Shown piece after piece: positions 19,080 through 27,754 of a stretch of 62,885 nt of DNA. Numbering within the stretch: position 1 is the stretch's first letter; the number at the start of each line of letters is the position of its first letter. The notes under the pieces were generated by a model. That model had not been told where the DNA came from. It saw nothing but the letters and a program-made list of their open reading frames with translations, and did no database searches. The translations under genes were made by a program, and so were the position numbers. The stretch spans positions 1 through 62,885 of the forward strand of contig JAMJQR010000081.1 of assembly GCA_023554335.1 (NCBI GenBank). Direction: 5' to 3'. This DNA is from Candidatus Benthicola marisminoris. Its GTDB lineage: Bacteria; Gemmatimonadota; Gemmatimonadetes; Palauibacterales; Palauibacteraceae.

Positions 19080-20440
19080 CAGGCGCTCCCCTCCTTGATA
19101 CCGTCGATCACGCGTTCCAGCCGCATGCCGCGGGACGCCTTCACCAGGATCACTTCGTCTCCCGCCAGGAGCCGGAAAAGTTCGTCCGCCGCGTCGTCCA
19201 CCTCCCCGGGGTAGGCGACCGACACGTCGCGGGGCAGAGGAAGGGCGCGAAACGATTCCTGGAACGCGCCGAGCGCCACGATGGCCGTGAACCCGGAGGC
19301 CAGGAGGCTTTCGGCGACGCGTACGTGCGCCGCGGACTCCTCGCTGCCCAGCTCCAGCATGGTCCCCACCACCGCGGCCAGCCGGCGATCGGGAAAGGAA
19401 TCCGCGCAGTGCCGGATCGCGGCCTCGAAGGACTCCGGGTTGGCGTTGTAGCAGTCGGCCAGAATCGTGAGCGGCCCGACCTGCAACAGCGCACCCCGCA
19501 TCCCGAAGGGGCGGAACTCGGTCATCCCCCGGGCCGCGCCCGCCGCACTTATGCCGAGCTGCGACGCGGCGGCTGCCGCGATGATGGCATCTCGGAGATG
19601 GTGAGCTCCGCCTGCGTGCACCACATACTCCGCCCCGGAGTGCCGGAAGCGCACCGCATCGGGCCCCGAGTGCCACTCGGAGGGGCGATAGTCACTTTCC
19701 GGCCCCAGGCCTGCCGTGACGACGTCCGGCCGAATTTCGCGGGCCCCGGCTGGCAGGGCAGGAGGCAGCTCTCCCACCACGGCGCACCCCTCCCGCGAGG
19801 CTCCGCGCAGCAGATCGAGCTTCTCTTCCAGAACGCCGGCGACGCTCCCCAGTCCCTCGAGGTGTGCCGGCCCCACCGTCGTGATGACCGCGTCATCGGG
19901 CTCCGCGATCTCCGTGAGGCGGCGGATCTCGCCTGGCTCGTTCGTTCCGAGCTCCAGCACCCACACGTCCGCTTCTTCGTCTGCGGCGAGGATCGAAAGA
20001 GGCAGGCCCACCTGGTTGTTCAGGTTGCCCTCCGTCGCGTGGACCGACCTCTCGGAGCCGAGGGCGCAGGTCAGCATTTCCTTGACCGTCGTCTTGCCGG
20101 AGGACCCGGTGATCCCGACGACACGGGCGCCAGCCCGGCGCCGGTGGAACCGTGCCAACTCGCCGAGGGCCCGGGTAGTATTGGCTACCGGGAACACCGG
20201 GAGCCTCGACGCCGGTGGCGCCGAATCGTCAGAGACGACAGCCGCTGCCGCACCCAGGCTCTCGGCCTGGGAGACGAACCGTGCTCCGTCGAAACGCTCG
20301 CCGCGCAGGGCGACGAAGAGAGCCCCGGGCTCGAGGCTGCGTGTGTCCGTGGAGACGGAAGCGAACTCAAGGGCGGGACCCGTGGGCGGAAGCCCCAGCG
20401 CCTGACGCACTTCAGCTGCCGTGAATCGCGCGGCCATCAA
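19079..20440 (-). CDS. murF: UDP-N-acetylmuramoyl-tripeptide--D-alanyl-D-alanine ligase
   Basis: 453 aa with Mur ligase P-loop ITGSSGKTTVKEM. ATGA overlap with the murE stop. Confidence 0.9.
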   Translation of the reverse strand: MMAARFTAAEVRQALGLPPTGPALEFASVSTDTRSLEPGALFVALRGERFDGARFVSQAESLGAAAAVVSDDSAPPASRLPVFPVANTTRALGELARFHRRRAGARVVGITGSSGKTTVKEMLTCALGSERSVHATEGNLNNQVGLPLSILAADEEADVWVLELGTNEPGEIRRLTEIAEPDDAVITTVGPAHLEGLGSVAGVLEEKLDLLRGASREGCAVVGELPPALPAGAREIRPDVVTAGLGPESDYRPSEWHSGPDAVRFRHSGAEYVVHAGGAHHLRDAIIAAAAASQLGISAAGAARGMTEFRPFGMRGALLQVGPLTILADCYNANPESFEAAIRHCADSFPDRRLAAVVGTMLELGSEESAAHVRVAESLLASGFTAIVALGAFQESFRALPLPRDVSVAYPGEVDDAADELFRLLAGDEVILVKASRGMRLERVIDGIKEGSA

Positions 20441-21897
20441 CAGGGTCCTCCCACGGTGAGCGACCGGACGATCGAGGCTTCGTCGAACGGAATCTTCTCG
20501 CCCGCCACGTCCTGATAGGTCTCGTGTCCTTTCCCCGCCAGGACGACCACATCGCCGGGGGACGCTTGCTCGAGAGCGAATCGAATCGCCTCTTCGCGAT
20601 CGAGGATCACGCGGAAGGAGCCGGGCGGCATGCCGGATGTGATATCAGCACAGATCGCCGCTGGATCTTCGGTCCTCGGGTTGTCCGTCGTGATCACGGA
20701 CAGGTCCGCGTGCCGAGCAGCGATCTCGCCCATCAGCGGCCGCTTCCCCCGGTCGCGGTCACCACCGCACCCGAACACCATGAGCAGTTGGCCCTCCGCG
20801 AGTTCGGCGAGGGTGCGGAGCACGCGGGTGTAAGCGTCCGGCGTGTGCATGTAGTCACGCAGAACCAGAGCCGGACCGTCGCTGAGGATCTCCATGCGTC
20901 CGGGCACCTGCGGAGCGGTCGACAGGCGCTCCGCGACTTCCGCCGGAGACATGCCCAGGCAGACGGCGGCGGCGGCCGCGGCCAGCGCGTTGTGGACGTT
21001 GAATTCCCCCAGGAGGGGAAGGCTCACGGTGCCGCCTCCGTCCGGCGTTTCCAGCTCCCACTGGCTGCCGCGCGCCGAATGCTGCACCTCCGCGGCCCGC
21101 ACCTCGGCATGCGACCCCAGCCCATAGCGGACGATCCTCCGGCCCGCGAAGCTCGCGGAAGCCCACGCCGGATCGTCGGCGTTCACCACGCAGGTCCCCT
21201 CGGAACGCACCTGTTCGGCGAGCTTCAGTTTCGCCGCGCGGTACGAGTCGAGATCGGGGTGATAGTCCAGATGCTCGCGCGTCAGATTCGTGTACACGCC
21301 GACATCGAATTCCAGGTTGGCCACCCGCCGCTGGTCGAGGGCGTGCGAGGAAACTTCCATCGCCAGGAATCGGGCGCTCTCCTGCCGCAGATCAGCCAGG
21401 ATCGACATCAGGTCGAGGGGATCAGGGGTAGTCAGGCGTCCGGGGTGCCTCACTCCCTGGGTGTCGAACCACCCGAGGGTCCCGAGCGCCGTGGAAGGGC
21501 CGAGACCCGCCAGCACGTGCCGCGAGATGATCGCCGTGGTCGTCTTCCCGTTCGTGCCGGTGATGCCCACGACGGACAGATCGGATGCCGGATCTCCATA
21601 CAGGAGCGCCGCGGCGTGTGCCGTAGCCGCGCGCGAGTCCGCCACAACGAGCTGGGGGAGGCCTGCATCCGGTACTTCCTGTTCGACCAGGGCCGCGACC
21701 GCTCCAGCGGCCGCGGCCCGTGCGACGAACGAGTGCCCGTCGAACTCGGTCCCGCGCAGTGCGCAGAAGAGGACCCCGGGACGTACCTCCCGGGAGTCCG
21801 TCACGACGTCGGCAAAGCCAGGCGGAGGTGCTCCTTCCCACCGCGGACCCAGACCACGTTGCTCCAGTCGCTGTTCGAGTTCCTGTCTCTGTATCAC
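20437..21897 (-). CDS. murE: UDP-N-acetylmuramoyl-L-alanyl-D-glutamate--2,6-diaminopimelate ligase
   Basis: 486 aa with P-loop ITGTNGKTTTAIIS. The DNPR motif (TTDNPRTEDP) is characteristic of meso-DAP-adding MurE. Confidence 0.92.
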   Translation of the reverse strand: MIQRQELEQRLEQRGLGPRWEGAPPPGFADVVTDSREVRPGVLFCALRGTEFDGHSFVARAAAAGAVAALVEQEVPDAGLPQLVVADSRAATAHAAALLYGDPASDLSVVGITGTNGKTTTAIISRHVLAGLGPSTALGTLGWFDTQGVRHPGRLTTPDPLDLMSILADLRQESARFLAMEVSSHALDQRRVANLEFDVGVYTNLTREHLDYHPDLDSYRAAKLKLAEQVRSEGTCVVNADDPAWASASFAGRRIVRYGLGSHAEVRAAEVQHSARGSQWELETPDGGGTVSLPLLGEFNVHNALAAAAAAVCLGMSPAEVAERLSTAPQVPGRMEILSDGPALVLRDYMHTPDAYTRVLRTLAELAEGQLLMVFGCGGDRDRGKRPLMGEIAARHADLSVITTDNPRTEDPAAICADITSGMPPGSFRVILDREEAIRFALEQASPGDVVVLAGKGHETYQDVAGEKIPFDEASIVRSLTVGGPC

Positions 21898-21966
21898 ACC
21901 CGGATTCGTTTCGGCGTTGCTGTTCCCCCGCCCTCCGACACCCGGGAGGGCTCGACCTGCTATCCG

Positions 21967-23934
21967 TCAGCGCAGCAGAATCGCTGCGCCTCTGACGACG
22001 CGCGTTCCCGGCGCCGGTTCCTGGTTTGCCACCCGGCCCGACCCCGCGAGCTCGACCCGGAGACCGATCGCATGGAGGCGGGACACCGCGACTCTCGTCT
22101 CCAGCCCTATGAGATCTGGAAGCCTCAGCTCCTGCCGCGAACTGGAGGCAGGCCTGACCTCCTCGGTCGAGGCAAGACGGTAGGGCGAGACCTCGCCGTG
22201 CTCTGCCCAGTCGAGGCGCGCCCGCGGGTTGATCGCCGAGCCTGGCTCGATGAGCCCCCGGCCTTGCGTGGCGAGTACGGCCTGCACGACGGCGCGGATG
22301 ACCGGGGCGGCCGTCAGGCCGCCGTAGACCTCACCCTTGGGATCCTCGAGCTTGACCATGATGACCAACCGGGGATCCTCCACGGGCGTGAATCCGACGA
22401 AGGACGAGGCGTAGCGTCCTTGGTCGTAGCCACCGGCCGAGGCAATCCGGGCGGTCCCGGTCTTCCCCGCCATCCTCAGGGTCACCAGTGAGGCCTCCGA
22501 ACCGGTCCCTTCGCCTACCACGGTCTGGAGCACGTCGGATACGGATCGCGCCGAGGTCTCGTCCAGTACGCGACGGATGGGCCGCGGCTCGAACCTCCGG
22601 GCCGTCTCGCTACCCGATCGGATCTCTTTCACCAGCGCCGGCTGCATCAGAGTCCCACCGTTGGCAAGCGCTCCATATGCCATGAGCTGCTGGAGGGACG
22701 TCGTCATCAGTTCATAGCCGATGGCGAGAGACGCCGGGCTGAGAGCGGACCAGCCGCTCGGACGTCGGAGCAGGCCTCCCGACTCACCCGGGAAGTCGAT
22801 CCCTGTCGGCGTGCCGAACCCGAAGTCACGGAGATACCGGTACTGTAGGCCCGGCTGCAGCCGGTCGGACAGCTTGGCTGCCCCGATGTTGCTCGAGTAC
22901 TGGATCACCTCCTCCACGGTGAGCGAATCGTACGGATGCTCGTCCGTGAGCACGCGGTGCGGCGTGCGGTATTCGCCGTTCTCCGCGAAGACCTTCTCGT
23001 CGAGATCAGCAAGGTCTTCGGACAGCAGCGTCGCGAGGAGGAATGGCTTCACGGTGGAGCCGGGCTCGTACGGGGAGGTGAAGGCGGGGATCGTACCCGA
23101 GCTGCCCTGGCGGCGCGACGCCACCGCGAGAATCTCGCCGGTCCTCGGATCCGCCATCAGCACGTCACCACCGGAGGATCCTGTCCGCTGAAGGCCCTTC
23201 TCGAGGGCGGCCTCCGCGATCGCCTGGAGATCGGCGTCGATCGTGAGGTAGACGTCGTGTCCGGGCTCGGCGGGGTGATCCGGACTCTCCGGAATGGGAT
23301 ACAGCTCGCCGTGGGCGTCTCTGCGGCCGGTGAGGCGGCCCGGGGTTCCCGTGAGAATGGAGTCCAGCACACCCTCGAGACCCGACCGACCGCGGCCTTC
23401 GGTATCGAGCGCGCCGAGCACAGACCGGGCGAGATCTCCCTCTGGATACACGCGCGTGACCATGGACTCGAACTCGACCCCCGGACCGACCGCGCGCACC
23501 AATGCCTCCCGCTGCGAGACCCCGACCCGGCCGATCGAGATCCAGCCGGTCGAGCGACGTCTCAGCCGCTGGCGGTCCTTGCGCGACAGGTCGAGTGCGG
23601 ACGCGATGGACTGAATGTCGCGGTCCACGTCCGCGGATTGGGCGGGTGCGAAGAAGGCCCGATACTCCTGCCGCGACAGGGCGAGTGCCTTGCCGTTCCG
23701 ATCGTATATGGCTCCGCGCGGCGCCGGAAGCTCCACCGTTTCGGTGGTCTGTGACCAGGCCTGTGCCTGCCAGCTGCCGCCCTGAATGATTTGAAGCTGC
23801 GCGGCGCGGCTCACGAACACGGTGGCGAGCATCGCGAGCACGGCGGCGAAGAGGTGCGTCCTCCGCCCGTGCGTCTTCTTCGCGATCTTTCGCCTCTGCG
23901 TCGCTGCCATTGCCACAGCCTTTCGCCTCTTCAT
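21967..23934 (-). CDS. ftsI: class B penicillin-binding protein FtsI/PBP3 with C-terminal PASTA domain
   Basis: 655 aa with an N-terminal TM and transpeptidase motifs STVKP (SxxK), SSN and KTGT. The C-terminal approx. 55 aa (LPDLIGLETRVAVSRLHAIGLRVELAGSGRVANQEPAPGTRVVRGAAILL) fit the PASTA pattern. Confidence 0.9.
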   Translation of the reverse strand: MKRRKAVAMAATQRRKIAKKTHGRRTHLFAAVLAMLATVFVSRAAQLQIIQGGSWQAQAWSQTTETVELPAPRGAIYDRNGKALALSRQEYRAFFAPAQSADVDRDIQSIASALDLSRKDRQRLRRRSTGWISIGRVGVSQREALVRAVGPGVEFESMVTRVYPEGDLARSVLGALDTEGRGRSGLEGVLDSILTGTPGRLTGRRDAHGELYPIPESPDHPAEPGHDVYLTIDADLQAIAEAALEKGLQRTGSSGGDVLMADPRTGEILAVASRRQGSSGTIPAFTSPYEPGSTVKPFLLATLLSEDLADLDEKVFAENGEYRTPHRVLTDEHPYDSLTVEEVIQYSSNIGAAKLSDRLQPGLQYRYLRDFGFGTPTGIDFPGESGGLLRRPSGWSALSPASLAIGYELMTTSLQQLMAYGALANGGTLMQPALVKEIRSGSETARRFEPRPIRRVLDETSARSVSDVLQTVVGEGTGSEASLVTLRMAGKTGTARIASAGGYDQGRYASSFVGFTPVEDPRLVIMVKLEDPKGEVYGGLTAAPVIRAVVQAVLATQGRGLIEPGSAINPRARLDWAEHGEVSPYRLASTEEVRPASSSRQELRLPDLIGLETRVAVSRLHAIGLRVELAGSGRVANQEPAPGTRVVRGAAILLR

Positions 23935-24272
23935 GGTCCGACGTCGGGTAGGTGCAGCACCTCGTCGTCCGATGCGGGTCTCATCCCGATTTCAGCCGCG
24001 CTGGCCAGAATCCGCTCGCGGGAGGCGAGCGAATCGACCCTCACGAGCTCCTCGGACTGCCGTATTCGGAGAAGCTCCTCCTCTCTGCGTAGCTCGTTGA
24101 TGGACTCGGCCAGCCTTCGACCCTCCGCCGTCCGGTCGACTGAGACCATCAGCGAACCGACGACCGCCGCACCGCAGACAGCCACGATCACCTGTCGACG
24201 CCGGGCACCGGGCCTCGCCCGGCGACGCCTGGAGGCCCGTACCTTCCCGCGCGTCGCTCGCTTTCGCGTCAC
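23931..24272 (-). CDS. ftsL: cell division protein FtsL-like (TM plus coiled coil)
   Basis: Positional equivalent of ftsL. It has a basic N-terminus, a single TM (VIVAVCGAAVVGSLMV) and a coiled-coil-like region (INELRREEELLRIRQSEEL). The GTG at 24272 sits in a GTGA overlap with the rsmH stop, and there is an ATGA overlap with the ftsI start. Confidence 0.6.
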   Translation of the reverse strand: MTRKRATRGKVRASRRRRARPGARRRQVIVAVCGAAVVGSLMVSVDRTAEGRRLAESINELRREEELLRIRQSEELVRVDSLASRERILASAAEIGMRPASDDEVLHLPDVGP

Positions 24273-25207
24273 GACCGCTCCCAGGCGCGCAGGCGAGCGC
24301 TTCGCGCCCGCGGATTGACTTCGACCTCGGCCGGCGACGGTCGAACGGGCTTTCTTGTCAGACGGCGGCCGAGAGATCTCCCGCGGCAACGACACACGGG
24401 CAACTCCGGCGGACAGACACACTCTCGGCTCCACTCGCGGAACGCCTCTTTCACGATTCGGTCTTCCAGTGAGTGGTACGAGATAACGACCAGCCGCCCG
24501 CCCGCCTTCAGCAATTGCGCGATCTCATGCAGGCCCTCGCGCAGGGCCTCCAGCTCGTCGTTCACCGCGATCCGTACGGCCTGAAACAGGCGCGCCTTGT
24601 CCCGCGGGGTCAGAGGTCCTCTGTAGACTACCGAGGCAGCCGCCATCAGATCATCCGCCGTACTCAGCGGCTCTCGCCGCCGGCGCCGGGCGATCTCCCG
24701 GGACATCCCCCGCCACCTCCGCTCCTCCCCGTAGTCCCGGAAGATCCTTCCCAGCTCTTCTTCGTGCGCCGTGTTCAGTAAGTCGGCTGCGGTTCTCCAA
24801 CCGCCGGTTGTCCCGCCCATCCGCATGTTTAACGGTGTGCCCCGGCGGAAGGAGAAACCGCGCGCCGTCGTGTCGATCTGGTGCGAAGACACCCCAAGAT
24901 CCAGCAGCGCTCCGTCCAGCCCGACGTCTATGTCTTCCTGCAGCAGCTCCGCCGCATGGCGGAAGTTCGCTGCCCGTATCGTCACCCGGTCCCCGAAATC
25001 GGCCAGTCGCCTGGTCGCGGCCGCTACCGCGTCCGCATCCTGGTCGAGCCCGATGAGGCTCGTGTCCGGTCCGCTCGCCAGGATCCGCTCAGCATGTCCG
25101 CCCCCACCCAACGTCCCGTCCAGATAGAGGCCACCGCGTTCCGGCTCCAGAAGGCCAAGGACTTCGGCCACCATCACTGGCTCGTGCTCGAATTCCTGGC
25201 CGCTCAT
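24269..25207 (-). CDS. rsmH: 16S rRNA (cytosine1402-N4)-methyltransferase
   Basis: 312 aa with HEPVMVAEVL, DGTLGGGGHA and DLGVSSHQID motifs of MraW/RsmH. Confidence 0.93.
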   Translation of the reverse strand: MSGQEFEHEPVMVAEVLGLLEPERGGLYLDGTLGGGGHAERILASGPDTSLIGLDQDADAVAAATRRLADFGDRVTIRAANFRHAAELLQEDIDVGLDGALLDLGVSSHQIDTTARGFSFRRGTPLNMRMGGTTGGWRTAADLLNTAHEEELGRIFRDYGEERRWRGMSREIARRRRREPLSTADDLMAAASVVYRGPLTPRDKARLFQAVRIAVNDELEALREGLHEIAQLLKAGGRLVVISYHSLEDRIVKEAFREWSRECVCPPELPVCRCRGRSLGRRLTRKPVRPSPAEVEVNPRARSARLRAWERS

Positions 25208-25237
25208 GTCCTCACGCCTGGCCGCCCCGGCACGGTA

Positions 25238-25669
25238 TCAGGCGAAGATCCCGGCCAGCCTGTCGCCGAAATCGTCCCCGGGATCACCCACGGCCCTGGA
25301 GAATCTCTCCGGGTCCCATATCTCGATCTTGTCTATGGCCCCGATGAACTGTGCCTCTTCACCAATGCCCGCGCCCTCGCGCAGACGGTCGGGGATCAGA
25401 ATCCGGCCTTGTTTATCGGGAACGACCTCGACCGCGTTGGCGGTGAGAGCCAGCATGTGGTGGCGCGCGCGGGGAGCGGTTCGGGCCAGCTTCCGGAGAC
25501 GCGCCTGAACTTCCTCCCAGGCCTGTTCCGGGTAGAGCGTGAGGGCGTCGGGCTGGGCCTGAATCAGGACGAAGGCAGGAACGTCGCTTCCCCGACGAAA
25601 AGCTGCCGGGAGCGTGACTCTTCCCTTCTCGTCCACCTGATACAGGTAGCTCCCAAGGTAGCCGCCCAA
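25238..25669 (-). CDS. mraZ: transcriptional regulator MraZ
   Basis: 143 aa with two SpoVT/AbrB-like repeats (VDEKGRVTLPAAFR and PDKQGRILIPDRLR). Apparent TTG start at 25669. Confidence 0.9.
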   Translation of the reverse strand: MGGYLGSYLYQVDEKGRVTLPAAFRRGSDVPAFVLIQAQPDALTLYPEQAWEEVQARLRKLARTAPRARHHMLALTANAVEVVPDKQGRILIPDRLREGAGIGEEAQFIGAIDKIEIWDPERFSRAVGDPGDDFGDRLAGIFA

Positions 25670-25701
25670 TTCGCACCGCTTTCAGGAAGGAAGGAGAGTT
25701 T

Positions 25702-25737
25702 CCCCACAGTTCTCCACTTTTCCCCACTGCGCCCCAT
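25702..25737 (-). promoter_or_regulatory. candidate MraZ operator: four direct GTGGGG-like boxes with exact 10-bp spacing
   Basis: The minus strand reads ATGGGGcgcaGTGGGGaaaaGTGGAGaactGTGGGG. The boxes lie at 25737-25732, 25727-25722, 25717-25712 and 25707-25702, immediately downstream of or overlapping the -10 element. Confidence 0.7.
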
Positions 25738-25764
25738 TTTACAGGTCACTCCCCTGTTGCGCAA
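25736..25764 (-). promoter_or_regulatory. candidate sigma-70-type dcw promoter (Pmra)
   Basis: Minus strand TTGCGC (25764-25759), a 17-nt spacer, then TAAAAT (25741-25736), approx. 65 nt upstream of the mraZ start. Confidence 0.6.
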
Positions 25765-25793
25765 CCCCGGTGCCCCACCCCGAAACCATGATG

Positions 25794-25829
25794 AAAAAGA
25801 CCCGGCGGGACGCACGGTCCCGCCGGGTC
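25794..25829 (-). terminator. intrinsic terminator after the TPR gene
   Basis: Perfect 12-bp stem gacccggcggga/tcccgccgggtc with a 7-nt loop, followed on the minus strand by TTTTT. It lies 60 nt downstream of the stop at 25890. Confidence 0.8.
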
Positions 25830-25889
25830 TGGCAGCTTAGCTCGGGGCCCGTCGGGCCCCGGATGGGGTCAGCTATCGTAGAGTCAGAC

Positions 25890-27641
25890 TCACCCTCCGC
25901 AGTTCTTCCGGATGATCTGCTCCTGCCGGTAGATGTAGACGTCGGTGCTCTCCCGGATCTGTGCCTGGCTCTGGGGCTGCTCCGCCCCGGCCCGGTCCAG
26001 ATTGGGCAGGACCTGCTGGAACTTGGACAGGGCCCGACGGGCCGGCTGACACGCCTCGTTAACCTCGTTGCCGCCGTCGATCGCTACGCCCTGCTGGTAG
26101 TAGCCGTAGGCCGTGAAGAAGTACAGCTGGTCTCTCACCCGACCCGGCGCCGCCAAGTCCTTGCCAACCTCGAACATGGCAAGCGCTTCGTCGTACTGTT
26201 CGTTCTTGAAGAAGTCGTTGTAGCCGCGGGCCAGCAGCTGGCCCGCCACCACTTCGACATCGGCTCCCTGCTCCAGCGCAGTCTGGAGGTCGGCCGTGCC
26301 GCCCGTGGAGTCGCCGGCGCGGAGCTTCAGGAAGCCTCGCCGCAGGTGCGCATTGGGATAGGCAGGATCGAGCTCGAGTGCCCGGTCAAGGGCCGCCACC
26401 GCATCGTCGAACCGGTTCATCCGGCCGTAGATGTCACTCCGGATGGACCACAAGCCGGCGTCATCCGGCATCAGGGCCTGAGCCCGGTCCGCGAAGGTCA
26501 GCGCAGCATCGAAATCGCCAAGCTCGAGATTCGCCGCGATCACGTTGCGGAGGATCTCGGGGTTCATGTCCTCGCCCTTCAGCTCGAGGACGTGGTTGTA
26601 CGCGTCCACCGCCAGGCGCACGGATGCCTCGTCCGCGATGGCCTCGCCGTCGGTCGACCCGTCCGCCGCCGTGGTGCCCTTCTTCAGCGCCACGTTCCCG
26701 AGGAACTCCCACAGGTCCGCGTTGGTGTCGTCGATCTCGATGCCTTCCTGCAGAAGCGAGATCGCCTCGTCCTCGCCACCCGCCTGCGCCAGTTCGAACG
26801 CCACGGTCATACGGACGCTGGCGTCGCCGGGATTGAAGTTGAGGTACTCCCGGTACAACTCGACCGCGCGGTCCATGTCGCCCATCTGGGCGTTGACGTA
26901 CGCGAGCGCATTGAGGGCGTCGACCTCAGCCGGATTGTTGTCCACGACGACCATCAGGTCTTCCGCGGCGGCCTGCCAGTTCTCCTGGCCCATGTACACC
27001 CGACCACGGAGATAGCTGCCCGACGTGCTCGCGGGGTTCTTGGCGAGGGCCTCGTCGCAGTTCCGGAGCGCGTCTTCGTACTGCTCAGCCGCCAGGTAGT
27101 CCTGGCAGAACAGAAGCGCTCGACGATAGTCGACCTGCTCGCCAAACGCCGACACGATGACGCCGGCGGCCTGCCGAACCTCATCCTTGCCGTCGCCCGC
27201 AACGGTGAAGGCCGGCACCTCGACCTCGTCGCCACTCTTGGAGTCGACGAAGCTCACGGCCAGCTCGCTTCCTCCCGCAGCCGCCGCTACGCTGCCCGTC
27301 ATCACCACATCAGCGTTCAGTCGACCGGCCAGCTGCCTCCACTGAATGAGGCCCAGATCCTCCTCTTTCAGCTTCAAGCGGCGGAGCTCGTCCTTCACGT
27401 CATTCCACTCGATCGCCAGGAGCGTGGGGATCTCCTCCAGGCCATCCCGCACTTCCTCCGCGACCTTCTTTCCGAAGTCCTTCTTGACGCTGCCATCCAC
27501 CTGCAGCGGCGCCACGAGGACCCTGGCCCGACCGCCGGCCCCGCCATCGTCCTGCGCTATGGCGGCACCCGAGGTCAGCATCAGAGAGGCGGCCGCAAAG
27601 ATCAGACTTCTGCCACCCCAGCTACGAATCGCACGCTTCAT
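25890..27641 (-). CDS. secreted TPR-repeat protein with non-TPR N-terminal domain
   Basis: 583 aa with a signal peptide (MKRAIRSWGGRSLIFAAASLMLTSGAAIAQ). The N-terminal approx. 150 aa are unassigned, followed by multiple TPR-like repeats (e.g. YEDALRNCDEALAKNP, WQAAAEDLMVVVDNNP, MDRAVELYREYLNFNP). Confidence 0.8.
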   Translation of the reverse strand: MKRAIRSWGGRSLIFAAASLMLTSGAAIAQDDGGAGGRARVLVAPLQVDGSVKKDFGKKVAEEVRDGLEEIPTLLAIEWNDVKDELRRLKLKEEDLGLIQWRQLAGRLNADVVMTGSVAAAAGGSELAVSFVDSKSGDEVEVPAFTVAGDGKDEVRQAAGVIVSAFGEQVDYRRALLFCQDYLAAEQYEDALRNCDEALAKNPASTSGSYLRGRVYMGQENWQAAAEDLMVVVDNNPAEVDALNALAYVNAQMGDMDRAVELYREYLNFNPGDASVRMTVAFELAQAGGEDEAISLLQEGIEIDDTNADLWEFLGNVALKKGTTAADGSTDGEAIADEASVRLAVDAYNHVLELKGEDMNPEILRNVIAANLELGDFDAALTFADRAQALMPDDAGLWSIRSDIYGRMNRFDDAVAALDRALELDPAYPNAHLRRGFLKLRAGDSTGGTADLQTALEQGADVEVVAGQLLARGYNDFFKNEQYDEALAMFEVGKDLAAPGRVRDQLYFFTAYGYYQQGVAIDGGNEVNEACQPARRALSKFQQVLPNLDRAGAEQPQSQAQIRESTDVYIYRQEQIIRKNCGG

Positions 27642-27715
27642 ATTCCGGTCCTCACCTGTTCCAGATCGTAGCCCGGAGCCCTAGTCTGCCCCGCGCACTC
27701 ATTACGACACTGCAT

Positions 27716-27744
27716 TGCGGCGTATTGTTCCTCCGAACGCCGCA
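27716..27744 (-). other. 8-bp inverted repeat just 3' of tRNA-Val (possible processing or termination hairpin, no T-run)
   Basis: tgcggcgt (27716-27723) and acgccgca (27737-27744) flank a 13-nt loop, 11 nt downstream of the tRNA 3' end on the minus strand. Confidence 0.3.
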
Positions 27745-27754
27745 TTCGAACACA

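Noticed and set aside
17977-19676. Long N-terminal extensions in the ORF track for MurD (to 18312) and MraY (to 19676), and similarly FtsQ (to 12537), MurC (to 14436), the HExxH peptidase (to 29476), Tsf, Frr, Hpt and DivIVA
   Set aside because: The extensions overlap the preceding conserved gene out of frame and are Arg/Gly-rich. Internal ATG/GTG starts give canonical N-termini and classic ATGA/GTGA/TGATG coupling junctions, or have SD motifs.
21898-21966. Hairpin ccctcc-N8-ggaggg in the 69-nt ftsI-murE spacer
   Set aside because: It has only 6 bp and no T-run. The GGAGGG arm is more simply the murE ribosome-binding region.
20524-22491. 655-aa plus-strand ORF
   Set aside because: It is antisense to murE and ftsI, which carry clear Mur-ligase and SxxK/SxN/KTG motifs.
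25770-27671. 633-aa plus-strand ORF
   Set aside because: It is antisense to the TPR protein. The minus-strand frame has a signal peptide, TPR periodicity and a matching terminator. The plus-strand frame has no features.
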